From Candidatus Multivoradales bacterium (GTDB taxonomy: Bacteria > Acidobacteriota > Thermoanaerobaculia > Multivoradales > J023): a stretch of DNA of 64,000 nt. Below, piece by piece: positions 48,506-60,248 of the stretch. Every line of letters begins with the position of its first letter. Position 1 is the first letter of the stretch. The DNA lies in NCBI GenBank assembly GCA_965248925.1, contig CBDFLE010000006.1:4480001-4544000 (forward strand). Direction: 5' to 3'. The notes under the pieces are model-generated. The model did not search any database. It worked only from the letters and a program-made list of their open reading frames with translations, and was not told the DNA's origin. A program made the translations under genes and the position numbers.

Positions 48506-48796
48506 GTGAAAGTTCGTCCCCTGCATGACCGAGTTCTGGTGCAGCGCATCGACTCGACAGAGGAAGTTCGCGGCGGCATCATCATCCCCGATTCCGCCAA
48601 AGAGAAGCCGCAAGAGGCCATGGTAGTCGCCGTTGGCCCCGGCAAGCTCGACGATTCCGGCAACCGTTCGCCCATGGACGTCAAAGACGGCGACCGTGTG
48701 CTGATCGGCAAGTACTCAGGTAGCGAGATCAAGGTTGATGGTGACGATTACGTCATCCTGCGCGAGGACGAGATCCTCGGCGTGATCGCCAACTGA
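48506..48796 (+). CDS. groES: Co-chaperonin GroES
   Basis: RPLHDRVLV; [14 protein letters not shown]; AGGAGG RBS with GTG start. Confidence 0.97.
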   Translation: MKVRPLHDRVLVQRIDSTEEVRGGIIIPDSAKEKPQEAMVVAVGPGKLDDSGNRSPMDVKDGDRVLIGKYSGSEIKVDGDDYVILREDEILGVIAN

Positions 48797-48833
48797 CTGA
48801 ATTTGAATGCAAGCGATTGCATTGCAGAAATAG

Positions 48834-50494
<1,661 letters not shown>

Positions 50495-50538
50495 GACGCC
50501 CTGATTGCTGGCCGGTGCTTCGCGCGCCGGCCCTGCCG

Positions 50539-50569
50539 AGGCCGGTTCCTTCACGGGAGCCGGCCTTTT
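50539..50569 (+). terminator. Intrinsic terminator after groEL
   Basis: AGGCCGGTTCC-ttcacg-GGAGCCGGCCT followed by TTT. Confidence 0.75.
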
Positions 50570-50608
50570 CGCTACTGGCCTTTCGGCAGCAGTGCCGGCA
50601 GAGCTGCC

Positions 50609-51769
50609 TCAGTCACCCAGGCAGGTGCCAAGATCGCGCAGGGTGAGCAAAGTATCGCAGTCCAGCGGTACCGACTTCATTCGCCGCGTCGCCACCGCCA
50701 AAGGGACGGCGCGGACGGTGGGCGGATCTAGAGCCACCATGTGGCCGAAGCGCCCCTCCTCGGCCAGCCGTACCGCGGCGGCGCCAAAGCGTAGCGACAA
50801 AGTGCGGTCGCGGGCGGTGGGCTGGCCGCCTCGTTGCAGATGGCCGAGCACCACGGTGCGGGTTTCCTTGCCGGTGTGGTGCTGGATCTGCGCGGCAACT
50901 TGCTCGGCGACACCTCCCAGCCGCACCTCGCGGCCGGCTTCCTTGGCACCGTGAGTGCTGAGCGTTCCATCGATTGGCTTAGCGCCTTCCGCCACCACCA
51001 CCATGCTGAAATGCCGGCCGCTCTGCTCGCGTCTTTCGATCGCCCGGCAGACCGAGAGGATGTCGTAGGGAATCTCCGGTAGCAAGATCACATCCGCGGT
51101 GGCCGCCAGACCGGCATGGGCGGCGATCCAACCGGCATAGCGCCCCATCACCTCGACCACGAACACCCGTTCGTGAGCCTCGGCGGTGGAGTGCAGACGG
51201 TCGATGGCGTCGGTGGCAAAGCTCATCGCGGTGTCGAAGCCAAAAGTCACCACGGTCCCTTCAAGGTCGTTGTCGATAGTCTTCGGCACGCCGATGATCG
51301 GCATGCCGAGTTCGGCCAACCGTTCGGCGATGCGCATCGAGCCATCGCCGCCCAGGGCCACCAGGACATCGATGCCTAGCTTGGCGAAATTGGCCATCAC
51401 CTCCGCCGAACGGTCCACCACTTCGATCGAGCCATCCTCTCGCTCGACCGGGAACTCGAACGGGTGGCCTTTGTTGGTGGTGCCCAAGATCGTGCCCCCC
51501 TGGTGGGTGATGCCGCGCACCGCCTGGTGGTCGAGCTCGACCACCCGCGAGGTGTCGAGCAATCCGGTGTAGCCCTTCTCGATCCCCAGCACCCGCCAGC
51601 CACGGCCCAGCGCCGCCAGGGTCACGGCGCGGATCACCGCATTGAGCCCCGGAGCGTCGCCGCCACCGGTGTTGATCGCCAGGGTCTTGATCGGGGCGGG
51701 TTGGGCCGAGCCGCCGGTGATGGAGTCGGTGTTGATCGGTCCGGTTTCGTAAGTGGAGTCTTGGCTCAT
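50609..51769 (-). CDS. pfkA: 6-phosphofructokinase (PfkA family)
   Basis: TGGGDAPGLN; GGDGS; PKTIDND; EVMGR; LGHLQRGG. Confidence 0.95.
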   Translation of the reverse strand: MSQDSTYETGPINTDSITGGSAQPAPIKTLAINTGGGDAPGLNAVIRAVTLAALGRGWRVLGIEKGYTGLLDTSRVVELDHQAVRGITHQGGTILGTTNKGHPFEFPVEREDGSIEVVDRSAEVMANFAKLGIDVLVALGGDGSMRIAERLAELGMPIIGVPKTIDNDLEGTVVTFGFDTAMSFATDAIDRLHSTAEAHERVFVVEVMGRYAGWIAAHAGLAATADVILLPEIPYDILSVCRAIERREQSGRHFSMVVVAEGAKPIDGTLSTHGAKEAGREVRLGGVAEQVAAQIQHHTGKETRTVVLGHLQRGGQPTARDRTLSLRFGAAAVRLAEEGRFGHMVALDPPTVRAVPLAVATRRMKSVPLDCDTLLTLRDLGTCLGD

Positions 51770-51862
51770 AGGGGAGTGATTCTAACCCTGCCGGGCCGGC
51801 CGCTCTAAGAGAGTCTGGGATCGCTGTCCCTAAGTGTGGCACTCTGTTCAGAAGCTCATGAT

Positions 51863-51938
51863 TGGATGCAATCGGATGGACAAATGGCATGATGGGTGTC
51901 ATTCTTCCAGAAATGGATGTAACCGGATGCACAAATGG
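51863..51938. repeat. 25-bp imperfect direct repeats over the fic promoter and start
   Basis: TGGATGCAATCGGATGGACAAATGG (51863-51887) vs TGGATGTAACCGGATGCACAAATGG (51914-51938), 22/25 identical. Confidence 0.7.
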
Positions 51939-52990
51939 ATGATCCGCTGAGAATTTCCACCCTCGCGATCTCTGCAGAGATGCTCAAGGCGGTCGCCGAG
52001 ATCGAAGAATTCAAGGGTGCCTGGACAACACTCGGGCGCCTCGAGCCAGAGCGGCTGAATCGATTGCGGCGGGTCGCAACCATCGAGAGCGTTGGCTCGT
52101 CTACCCGCATTGAAGGAGCGCGGCTTTCCGATCGGGACGTCGATCGGCTGCTCTCCAATCTCCAGATCACAACGTTTGGCAGCCGCGACGAGGCTGAGGT
52201 GGTCGGCTACGCCGCAGTGATGGACACAGTGTTCCAGAGTGCAGATGTCGTACCGTTGACCGAGAACCACATCAGGCACTTGCACCGCGACCTTCTCGAG
52301 CACGTTGGCAAAGACAGCCGCCATCGCGGTGAGTACAAGAAGCTCGACAACCACGTCGAAGCTTTCAGCCCAGACGGTGAAAGCCTGGGAGTGGTATTCA
52401 AGACCGCATCCCCTTTCGAAACACCCGCCCGGATGGCAGAGCTGGTCGCCTGGACACGCGAGGCGCTGGATCGGGGCGAGCTGCATGCGCTACTGGTCAT
52501 CGGCGTTTTCGTGGTGGTCTTCCTGGCCATTCATCCCTTCCAGGACGGCAACGGGCGGCTGTCGCGCGTGCTGACCACTCTGCTGCTGATCCGCGCCGGT
52601 TACGACCATGTGCCTTACGCCTCACTGGAGAGCGTCATCGAGCGCAGCAAGGACGACTACTATCGCGCCCTGCGGCGGACCCAAGGCAGCTTGGATTCGG
52701 CGAGCCCGGATTGGCAGCCCTGGCTGAGCTACTTCCTCGGTGCGCTGTGCGCGCAGAAACGGGTCTTGCAGCGCAAGCTGGAGAGAGAACGAGCGTTGCA
52801 GGCCATGCCTGTCCTCTCGGCGCGGATTCTGGCGATCACCAGAGAGCAGGGGCGGATCACCGTTGCCGAGGCGGTAAAGATCACCGGCGCCAGCCGCAAT
52901 ACGATCAAGGGCCATTTGCGGCAGCTGTGCGCGACCCGGCAGCTTCGGCGCAGCGGGGCCGGTCGCGGTAGCTGGTACAGTCCTGCTTGA
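51935..52990 (+). CDS. Fic family protein with C-terminal HTH
   Basis: SSTRIEG inhibitory motif; HPFQDGNGRLSR; C-terminal wHTH ending G.GRGSWY. Confidence 0.92.
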   Translation: MDDPLRISTLAISAEMLKAVAEIEEFKGAWTTLGRLEPERLNRLRRVATIESVGSSTRIEGARLSDRDVDRLLSNLQITTFGSRDEAEVVGYAAVMDTVFQSADVVPLTENHIRHLHRDLLEHVGKDSRHRGEYKKLDNHVEAFSPDGESLGVVFKTASPFETPARMAELVAWTREALDRGELHALLVIGVFVVVFLAIHPFQDGNGRLSRVLTTLLLIRAGYDHVPYASLESVIERSKDDYYRALRRTQGSLDSASPDWQPWLSYFLGALCAQKRVLQRKLERERALQAMPVLSARILAITREQGRITVAEAVKITGASRNTIKGHLRQLCATRQLRRSGAGRGSWYSPA

Positions 52991-53340
52991 GCTGTGCCCG
53001 AAGTTTCAGGCGTAGACACCGGGCAGGGCCGGAAACCGTTTTTAGGTATCAGCGTAGCAATAGAGAGGAGAGGGAGTCAGTAACTGAGTTTCTATCGCGC
53101 CTGGACGGTCTTCTTGTCAAATAACGGGTGTTGATATGTGTGCGCCTGATGTCGAGCTGCTACTTTTGTACTTGGTGCCGAGCGAGATACTTCCTTCCTA
53201 GAAGTGGCTGGCACCTCCTCGGCCCAGCACCACCTCATCTTGGCTTGAAGGTCCTCTTGCAGATTAGAAATCGAATTCTAATCTGCAAGAAAGTACCTGT
53301 GCCAGCAAGAGTCGGATTTGCCTCGGGCCGACCCCCAACC

Positions 53341-54372
53341 TCAGCCGTCGAATTCGGCCTGCATGCCGTCCATTTCGGCCAGCCTGACGATCAGGTCTTC
53401 GACCCGCGAGCTGTAGCCGTACTCGTTGTCGTACCAGCTGATCACCTTGACCAGGTTGCCGCCCATCACCTGGGTGAGGGCCGAATCGAAAATCGAGGAG
53501 TGGCGGTTGCCGATGATGTCGGTGGAGACGATCGGCTCGGTCTCGTATTGCAAGATGCCACGCATCGGGCCTTCGGCAGCCGCTCGCATGGCGGCGTTGA
53601 TCTCGTCTTTGGTGGTCTCGCGTTCGAGTTCGAGGGTGAAGTCGACGATGCTGCCGTCGGGCACCGGAACCCGAAAGGCCATGCCGTCGAGTTTGCCCTC
53701 GAGTTCGGGGATCACCCGGCCGATCGCCTTGGCCGCGCCGGTGGTGGTGGGGATGATGTTGGTCGCCGCCGAGCGCGAGCGACGGAAGTCTTTGTGCGGC
53801 GCGTCGACCAGCCGCTGGGTCGAGGTGTAGGCGTGGACGGTGGTCAGTAGACCGCGGCGGATGCCGAAGGTGTCGTGCAGGATCTTCGCCAGCGGTGCGG
53901 CGCAGTTGGTGGTGCAACTGGCGTTGGAGAAGATCTTCGATTCAGGGGTCACCACATGATCGTTGACGCCGAGTACCACCGTGCTCTCCAACGGATCCTT
54001 GGTCGGCACGGTGACCAATACGCGACGGGCACCGGCTTCGAGATGGTCGTCGAGTTTGTCGATGTGACGGAAGACGCCGGTCGACTCGATGACGTAGTCG
54101 ACGCCGAGTTCGCGCCAGGGCAGTTTGGCCGGTTCGCGCTCGCTGAGCACCAAGAAGGGATCGTTGTCGATGGTCATGCGGTTGCCATCGACTTCGACCT
54201 TGCCGGGGTAGACGCCATGCACACTGTCGTACTTGAAGGCGTAGGCCAGGTGGTCAGCAGGGTTGAGGTCGTTGATCGCCACCACATCAAAGTGGCGGCG
54301 TTGTTTGGCGATCCGGGTCACCATACGGCCGATGCGGCCAAAGCCATTGATAGCGATCTTCGGGACGGTCAT
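53341..54372 (-). CDS. gap: Type I glyceraldehyde-3-phosphate dehydrogenase
   Basis: INGFGRIGR; SNASCTTNC; SWYDNEYGY. Confidence 0.97.
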   Translation of the reverse strand: MTVPKIAINGFGRIGRMVTRIAKQRRHFDVVAINDLNPADHLAYAFKYDSVHGVYPGKVEVDGNRMTIDNDPFLVLSEREPAKLPWRELGVDYVIESTGVFRHIDKLDDHLEAGARRVLVTVPTKDPLESTVVLGVNDHVVTPESKIFSNASCTTNCAAPLAKILHDTFGIRRGLLTTVHAYTSTQRLVDAPHKDFRRSRSAATNIIPTTTGAAKAIGRVIPELEGKLDGMAFRVPVPDGSIVDFTLELERETTKDEINAAMRAAAEGPMRGILQYETEPIVSTDIIGNRHSSIFDSALTQVMGGNLVKVISWYDNEYGYSSRVEDLIVRLAEMDGMQAEFDG

Positions 54373-54493
54373 GGATTCCTCCTGGGTGCGAGAGCGGCTG
54401 AGCAAAGGCGCATGCTAGCCGCTAGCCGCTATGCCGTCCAGACTCCCGTGTTGTGGCCCTGGCGGGACAAAGCGGATCGCCTTTGGCCGCCGA

Positions 54494-55117
54494 TCAGCCG
54501 TCGGGCTCGGCCTCGGCTGGTGGGTCGCCGCCGCTGTCCCGATCCGCGGAGATAGACAGCTGGCTAGTGCTGAGGAAGTCCAGGTTGTAGCGGCTCGCCA
54601 GGTGGCCGATGCGGGCAAGGTCGATCTCGCCGACGATGTTGACGAAGAAGGTTTCGTTGTTCTCGGAGATGTACATCGCCGCCAAGCCGATGGTGCGGTC
54701 GCCATCGAGTTTGAGGAAGACGTGGCCGTAGTCGCGCTCGACACGGATGGTCATCGCTTCGACCCAGCCCTGGCGGCCCAGGTTGGAGGCCGCTCGATCG
54801 ATCTTGCGCTGCCACTCTGAACGCTGATCTTCGTCGACCCGGTAGACCCCGACCTCAATGGCTTCGAGATTGGCCAGCAAGGCGGATAGGTCCGGGTCGC
54901 TCTCGCGGGTGGTGCCGGCGAGCAAGCGGATCATTGGGCCCTTGATCGAGATTGCTACCTCGTTCTGCTCTTCGCCGACCCAGGCGGCGAAGTCGAAGAA
55001 GCCGGGGTGATCGGTGAGCTTGTCTTGGCCGCCGGCTGGAGATACCGCCAGCATTGCCAGAGTCAGGTAGAGGACCCACCTACCCGCGCCGCGCCGCCAG
55101 CTCGGGTCAGAGCGCAT
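54494..55117 (-). CDS. DUF4252-like exported protein
   Basis: Signal peptide; HPGFFDF; FVNIVGEID; downstream of the ECF/anti-sigma pair. Confidence 0.7.
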   Translation of the reverse strand: MRSDPSWRRGAGRWVLYLTLAMLAVSPAGGQDKLTDHPGFFDFAAWVGEEQNEVAISIKGPMIRLLAGTTRESDPDLSALLANLEAIEVGVYRVDEDQRSEWQRKIDRAASNLGRQGWVEAMTIRVERDYGHVFLKLDGDRTIGLAAMYISENNETFFVNIVGEIDLARIGHLASRYNLDFLSTSQLSISADRDSGGDPPAEAEPDG

Positions 55118-55730
55118 GGTTGGTTTCTCCGGCCCTGGACGAGCGGCCGCCGAGAGTGCTTACCGTCCGCGCAATAGGCGCCACTAGGCGGTGACCCAAC
55201 ACCTCCTCCGACACTTGGTGAGTCGCTCGCTGGCCGATTTGGCCGAGGTAGGCCAGGGCCAGTTTGACCTCTTGCTCGGCGCGAGCTACTTCGGCGTCTG
55301 CAATGCCGGCCGGCTGTTCTGCTGACGGCATCCACGGCAGCAAGATGGCTAGCACGGCTAGTAGTGCGGCACCGGCCAGAGCTGGACGCAACCATTTGGC
55401 ACCGGAACCGGCGAGCAGCGCTGCCAGCTGGGACCAGAATGAAGAGTGGCTCTGCGATGCTTGTGCTGAGCGATTGGCAGCGGCATGGGCCAGTACCGTT
55501 CGGGTCACTTGCGGTGGGCATTCTAAGGCTGGCAGGGCTTGTAGACCGCCGCGAATGCGCTCGGCCAGGTGCAGTTCGTCGCGCAGTGTCGCCGAGGTGG
55601 CCAGGCGAGCTTCGAATTGCTGCCGGGCAGCACTGTCGAGATCGTCGGCGAGATCGCCGTCGAGAAAGGCCTCGATCAAGTCGAACTCCTCGGTGGCGAC
55701 GGCACTGGAGTCGTCAACAGGCTTTGACAT
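55107..55730 (-). CDS. Membrane anti-sigma factor
   Basis: IEAFLDGDL......FEARL zf-HC2-like segment without Cys/His; TM helix; follows the ECF gene. Confidence 0.75.
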   Translation of the reverse strand: MSKPVDDSSAVATEEFDLIEAFLDGDLADDLDSAARQQFEARLATSATLRDELHLAERIRGGLQALPALECPPQVTRTVLAHAAANRSAQASQSHSSFWSQLAALLAGSGAKWLRPALAGAALLAVLAILLPWMPSAEQPAGIADAEVARAEQEVKLALAYLGQIGQRATHQVSEEVLGHRLVAPIARTVSTLGGRSSRAGETNHAL

Positions 55731-56244
55731 AGGCATTCACCTCGCGCAGTTGATCGCGGAGCTGGCGGCGTCCGCGGTGTAGATAGCCTTTCACTGTCCC
55801 CAGTGGTTTGTCGACCACGGCAGCGATCTCATCGTACTTCAGCCCCTGGATCTCGCGCAGGATCACAATGCTGCGGTAGGGCTCGGCGAGCCGGCTGACC
55901 GCGGTTTGCAGCCGCTGCCGGAATTGTGCTTCTTCGGCAACGGCTTGCGGATCGGCGCTGGCGGTCGGCAGTGCTTCGAGTTCCTCCGGCTGACGCTCTA
56001 CCTCGCGACCGCTCACCCCGCGGCGTTGCTTGCGGGCCAGATCACGGCAAACATTGCGGGTAACTGTGTGCAACCAAGCCGGCAAACCCCCCAAGTCGAG
56101 TCGCAGGCGGTGTTTCCAAAACCGGATCAGCACTTCTTGGGTCACGTCTTCGGCATCCTGACGGTTGCGCAGGGTGTAGTACGCCAGAGAAAAAATCCGG
56201 TTTCGGTGCTGGCGCACATGATCTTGAAACTCGACCGCTTCCAT
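55714..56244 (-). CDS. ECF RNA polymerase sigma factor
   Basis: DAEDVTQEV; AWL..V.RN; GLKYDEIA; GTVK..LHRGR. Confidence 0.93.
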   Translation of the reverse strand: MEAVEFQDHVRQHRNRIFSLAYYTLRNRQDAEDVTQEVLIRFWKHRLRLDLGGLPAWLHTVTRNVCRDLARKQRRGVSGREVERQPEELEALPTASADPQAVAEEAQFRQRLQTAVSRLAEPYRSIVILREIQGLKYDEIAAVVDKPLGTVKGYLHRGRRQLRDQLREVNAYVKAC

Positions 56245-56295
56245 CGTAGAAAGAAACGCCGCCGGGCGGCAAATAGTTACAGCAGGTGCAGCGGG

Positions 56296-56853
56296 TTACA
56301 GCTCCGCGGCTCGGTCCTCCAGGTCGAAGAGCGAGCGCTGCACTTGTCGGGCCTTCTCCAGTTCGAGCAACCAACGCTTGGTCTTCAGGCCATAGGCGAA
56401 TCCCCCCAGATGGCCCGCCGCCAGGACTCGATGGCAGGGGATGATCAGCGGAATCGGGTTGGCGCCGCAGGCCGCTCCCACCGCCTGAGCGCCTTTGGGC
56501 CGACCGCAGAGCGCTGCGATCTCGCCATAGGTGCGGGTGCGGCCGTAGGGAATCTGCGCCAGCGCCCGCCAAATGCGTTGCTGGAATTCCGAACCCGACG
56601 GCGTCAGCGGCAGATCGAACTCCTTCAAGTCGCCAACCAGGTAGGCAGTGAGTTGTTCGGCGGCCCGCTGGCAAGTCTCGTTGGCGGTGGCCGAGCCGTC
56701 GCAGTTACGGGCTTGGGGAGTCCATTTCACCCGCACTACACCGCGGTCGTCGGCCCCGATCTCAAGCGGCCCGTGTGGGCTCGGGATCTTTAGGCGGGCG
56801 ATGGGGTGGGTAGGGTTCATCTGCTGCGCTTGTCTGCCGTGCTCGGTTGTCAC
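56296..56853 (-). CDS. ogt: Methylated-DNA-protein-cysteine methyltransferase
   Basis: IPYG.TRTYGEIA; NPIPLIIPCHRV. Confidence 0.93.
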   Translation of the reverse strand: MTTEHGRQAQQMNPTHPIARLKIPSPHGPLEIGADDRGVVRVKWTPQARNCDGSATANETCQRAAEQLTAYLVGDLKEFDLPLTPSGSEFQQRIWRALAQIPYGRTRTYGEIAALCGRPKGAQAVGAACGANPIPLIIPCHRVLAAGHLGGFAYGLKTKRWLLELEKARQVQRSLFDLEDRAAEL

Positions 56854-56989
56854 TCTACCGAGCGCTAGATACTATTGCCGAGGCGTGGCGAAAAGTCGCC
56901 GCGCCGCGGCGTGAATGCTCGCGAGTCACGCCCATCCTACGACAAGAGAGAACGTAGAGCCGGCAGGCCTTCCCGGCGCGAGGATCGAG

Positions 56990-59188
56990 ATGACTAACAA
57001 AACTGCCAGCACAGCCGACACCGTGAACCCAGTCAAGGCGGTCAACAGCGAATCTCCCGGCCGGGTAGAGATCGAAGATGGCGTTGCTTGGATCCATCTC
57101 GACGATCCAACGAAAGGCGTCAACACCCTGTCGAGCCGTCACTTCGAGTGGTTCGAAGAGACTTTGAAGGCGCTTGCTGAAGAGAACTTGAAGGGCGCGG
57201 TCTTCGTCTCCGACAAGCCGGGCTACTTCATCGTTGGTGCCGACATCGAGGAACTGAACGGGCTCTCCGATCCAGCAGCGGTGCGGGCGATGGTCAGCCG
57301 GGGCCATCGTTTGATGAGCCGTTTTTCTCAGCTTTCTTTTCCGGTGGTGGCAGCGATCGACGGAGTCTGCCTGGGCGGTGGCCTGGAGCTCGCCCTGGCC
57401 TGCGACCTGCGGGTCGCGACCGAAGCCAAACACACCAAACTCGGCCTGCCGGAGGTGCAACTCGGCCTGATTCCCGGTTTGGGTGGCACCCAGCGCTTGC
57501 CGCGGTTGATCGGCGTGCCCGATGCCCTGGAGATGATTCTCACGGGCCGCCAAGTGGTGGCCAAGAAAGCCAAGCGCTTGGGCTTGGTCGACGAACTCTG
57601 CCATCCGTTGGTGCTGCGCCAGGCAGCTATGAAGCTGATTTCCTGGGGCAAACCGTCGCGGCCTGGCTACCGTGGCCCAAACCGTAGCGTGGTCAAGAGC
57701 AAGAAGAGCCTGAGCAAGCGAGCGGGAGATTTTCTCGCCCACACTCCGGGTGCCCGCCGGTTGGTTTATGACAAAGCCCGCGAGAGCGTTTTGAAGAAAT
57801 CCGGCGGCCACTATCCGGCGCCACTCCGCGCTATTGAGGTGGTGCGTGATGGCCTCGATCTGTCGCTGGCCAAGGGCTTGGAACTCGAAGGCAACGCCTT
57901 CGCCGAACTGGTGGTGACGGATGTTGCCAAGGGTTTGATCTCAATTTTCTTTGCCAAGAACGATGTCGAGGGGCGGGCCAAGAAGACTGCCAAGAAGGCT
58001 CGCCAAGTCGAGCGGATCGGTGTCTTGGGGGCCGGTTTCATGGGTTCTGGCATTGCCCAGCTGCTATCCCATCGCGGCTATCAAGTGGTGTTGAAAGACC
58101 GTGATGCGGCCTCGGTGGGCCGCGGCCTGAAGCATTGCCATGGTCTCTTCGACGGTCTGCGCAAGCGGCGCAAGTACACTGAGGTCGAGGTTAAGACGGC
58201 GATGAGCCGCATTCAGCCGGCGGTGGATTACAGCACCTTCGGCAAGTTGCCGCTGGTGATCGAGGCGGTCTTCGAGGATGTGAAGGTCAAGCACCAGGTC
58301 ATCCGCGAGGTCGAAGTGGCGGCCTCCGACGGGGTGATCATCGCTTCCAACACCTCGACCCTGCCGATCACCCAGTTGGCCGCGGGCTCGAAGCAGCCCG
58401 AGAACATCGTCGGCATGCATTTCTTCAGTCCGGTACACAAGATGCCGCTACTGGAGATCATCCGCCACCCAAAGATCTCGGCCGAGGCGTTGGCGACGGT
58501 GGTCGACATCGGCAACAAGATGGGCAAGACGGTGATCGTGGTGGGTGACGGGCCGGGCTTCTTCACCAGCCGGGTGCTGGGTCCCTTCGTCAACGAGGCG
58601 CTATGGTGCTTATGGGAAGGTGCCCGCATCGATCAGATCGACCAGGCGCTAACTGGCTGGGGCTGGCCGGTAGGGCCGTTGGCCTTGCTCGACGAGGTGG
58701 GTATCGATATCGCTCACCACGCTGGCCAGGTGATGATGGCAGCCGCCGGCAGCCGCGCCCAGCCGTCGCCGGTATTCAAGCATATGGTCGAGACTGGCCG
58801 CACCGGCCGCAAGGGCAAGCGCGGCTTCTACGACTACCGCAAAAAGCCCAAGCGGGTCGACGAGTCGGTCTACGAGATGATCGCTTGGGACGAAGAGAAA
58901 ATTGCCAACCAGGAGATCGTCGAACGCTGCTGGATGCAGATGCTCAACGAGGTAGCTCGCACCATCGAAGACGGGGTGATCGAGAACCCGGTCGATATCG
59001 ACCTGGGAGTGATCTTCGGTTTCGGTTTCCCCCCCTTCCGCGGCGGCATCCTGCGCCAGGCCGACAAGCTCGGCCTAGACCACATCGTGGGTCGGCTGAA
59101 GCACTACGCCGACCGCCATGGCGAGAGGCTCGAGCCAGCCCAGTTGCTGGTCGACATGGCGGCCCGGGGGAAGCGGTTTTACGAGTGA
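56990..59188 (+). CDS. fadJ: Fatty-acid oxidation complex alpha subunit (FadJ-like)
   Basis: GGGLELAL; LPEVQLG; GAGFMG; SNTS; GMHFFSP; GFPPFRGG. Confidence 0.93.
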   Translation: MTNKTASTADTVNPVKAVNSESPGRVEIEDGVAWIHLDDPTKGVNTLSSRHFEWFEETLKALAEENLKGAVFVSDKPGYFIVGADIEELNGLSDPAAVRAMVSRGHRLMSRFSQLSFPVVAAIDGVCLGGGLELALACDLRVATEAKHTKLGLPEVQLGLIPGLGGTQRLPRLIGVPDALEMILTGRQVVAKKAKRLGLVDELCHPLVLRQAAMKLISWGKPSRPGYRGPNRSVVKSKKSLSKRAGDFLAHTPGARRLVYDKARESVLKKSGGHYPAPLRAIEVVRDGLDLSLAKGLELEGNAFAELVVTDVAKGLISIFFAKNDVEGRAKKTAKKARQVERIGVLGAGFMGSGIAQLLSHRGYQVVLKDRDAASVGRGLKHCHGLFDGLRKRRKYTEVEVKTAMSRIQPAVDYSTFGKLPLVIEAVFEDVKVKHQVIREVEVAASDGVIIASNTSTLPITQLAAGSKQPENIVGMHFFSPVHKMPLLEIIRHPKISAEALATVVDIGNKMGKTVIVVGDGPGFFTSRVLGPFVNEALWCLWEGARIDQIDQALTGWGWPVGPLALLDEVGIDIAHHAGQVMMAAAGSRAQPSPVFKHMVETGRTGRKGKRGFYDYRKKPKRVDESVYEMIAWDEEKIANQEIVERCWMQMLNEVARTIEDGVIENPVDIDLGVIFGFGFPPFRGGILRQADKLGLDHIVGRLKHYADRHGERLEPAQLLVDMAARGKRFYE

Positions 59189-59232
59189 AGAACGACGCTA
59201 GGGTAACTAGCACTCGTTCGTTCCACACTTGT

Positions 59233-59568
59233 TCAGCTGTCTAGCGCTCGCTGAATAAGCAGCTCTTCCAGGTCGCGGCGGCCGTCGAGCACGCCGAGAA
59301 CAACGACCTTGTCGCCGACGATGCGGAAGGGTAGCCGGTAGTTTCCGACTAGTAGCTCGCGGTAGTCGAGGCCCAGCTCTCTGAGTTCAGGAAGCTGCCG
59401 GCAGCGGTGAGGGTGGAGGGTCAGGTGGCCCAGCCGCTGGCGCAGGTCCTGGTGCAGATTTTTTGCCTGGCCACGGCCGAAATTCGCTGCGGCGTAGTCG
59501 ATCAGGAGCACCAAGTCGCGGGTTGCTGAGCGCGACCAGGTAACTTGATAGCGCTCAGTCTTCGGCAT
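59233..59568 (-). CDS. RelE/ParE family toxin
   Basis: YQVTWS.SA..DL; YREL..GNYR..FRI; VLDGRRD. Confidence 0.88.
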   Translation of the reverse strand: MPKTERYQVTWSRSATRDLVLLIDYAAANFGRGQAKNLHQDLRQRLGHLTLHPHRCRQLPELRELGLDYRELLVGNYRLPFRIVGDKVVVLGVLDGRRDLEELLIQRALDS

Positions 59569-59842
59569 CCGGGGCCTCGAGGCGTTCATTGATCAGCGCA
59601 TCGACTTCAGCGTGACTCAGCACCTCCCCGCGTTGGTATTGCCTCTCACCCTGGGCCAGGAGCTTCAACATCAGCAGCTGATTGCGTTGGCGCTGAAACG
59701 TCTCAACATCCTGCAGCACGCAGGTCGGCTTGCCGTTCTGGGTGACGATCAGCGGCCTTCCACTTTCTCGAACACCGCGAATCAACTCTGCGGCACGAGT
59801 CCTGAGCGCGGTGATTGGCTCGATTCCCTTGGCGTAGTCCAT
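59555..59842 (-). CDS. Phd/YefM family antitoxin
   Basis: PITALR...AELI......RPLIVTQNGKP. Confidence 0.9.
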   Translation of the reverse strand: MDYAKGIEPITALRTRAAELIRGVRESGRPLIVTQNGKPTCVLQDVETFQRQRNQLLMLKLLAQGERQYQRGEVLSHAEVDALINERLEAPDAED

Positions 59843-59959
59843 GAATGACCTCCGGACTGAATTTAGCATCATATTCGGGGCCAGGGCCACGAAAGTGCCA
59901 AGTGGCACCGTCAAGTGAATTGCTCGATCCAGGTCGCCCTGGAGGGGATTGGGCGACTT

Positions 59960-60230
59960 CCAGCCCAGCCGCTAACACCTGCTATCAGGCAGGCCAAGAC
60001 CGAAGAGGGCGGAGCCTGGATTCATCTCGACGATTCCTATCGAAGATGGAGTGATCTTCGGTTTCGGCTTCCCCCCCTTCCGCGGCGGCATCCTGCGCCA
60101 GGCCGACAAGCTCGGCTTAGACCACATCGTTGGGCGGCTGAAGCACTACGCCGACCGCCATGGCGAGAGGCTCGAGCCAGCCGAGTTGCTGGTGGATATG
60201 GCAGCTAAAGGGAAGCGGTTCTACGAGTAG
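59960..60230 (+). pseudogene. Internally deleted fadJ copy (5' fragment plus 3' 183 bp)
   Basis: EEGGAWIHLDD matches fadJ EDGVAWIHLDD; 60048-60230 matches 59006-59188 with 15 mismatches. Confidence 0.9.
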
Positions 60231-60248
60231 AGAACGGCTCGGAAACCA

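Noticed and set aside
52991-53340. Lower-GC gap between fic and gap
   Set aside because: No RBS-supported ORF, repeat or RNA structure recognised.
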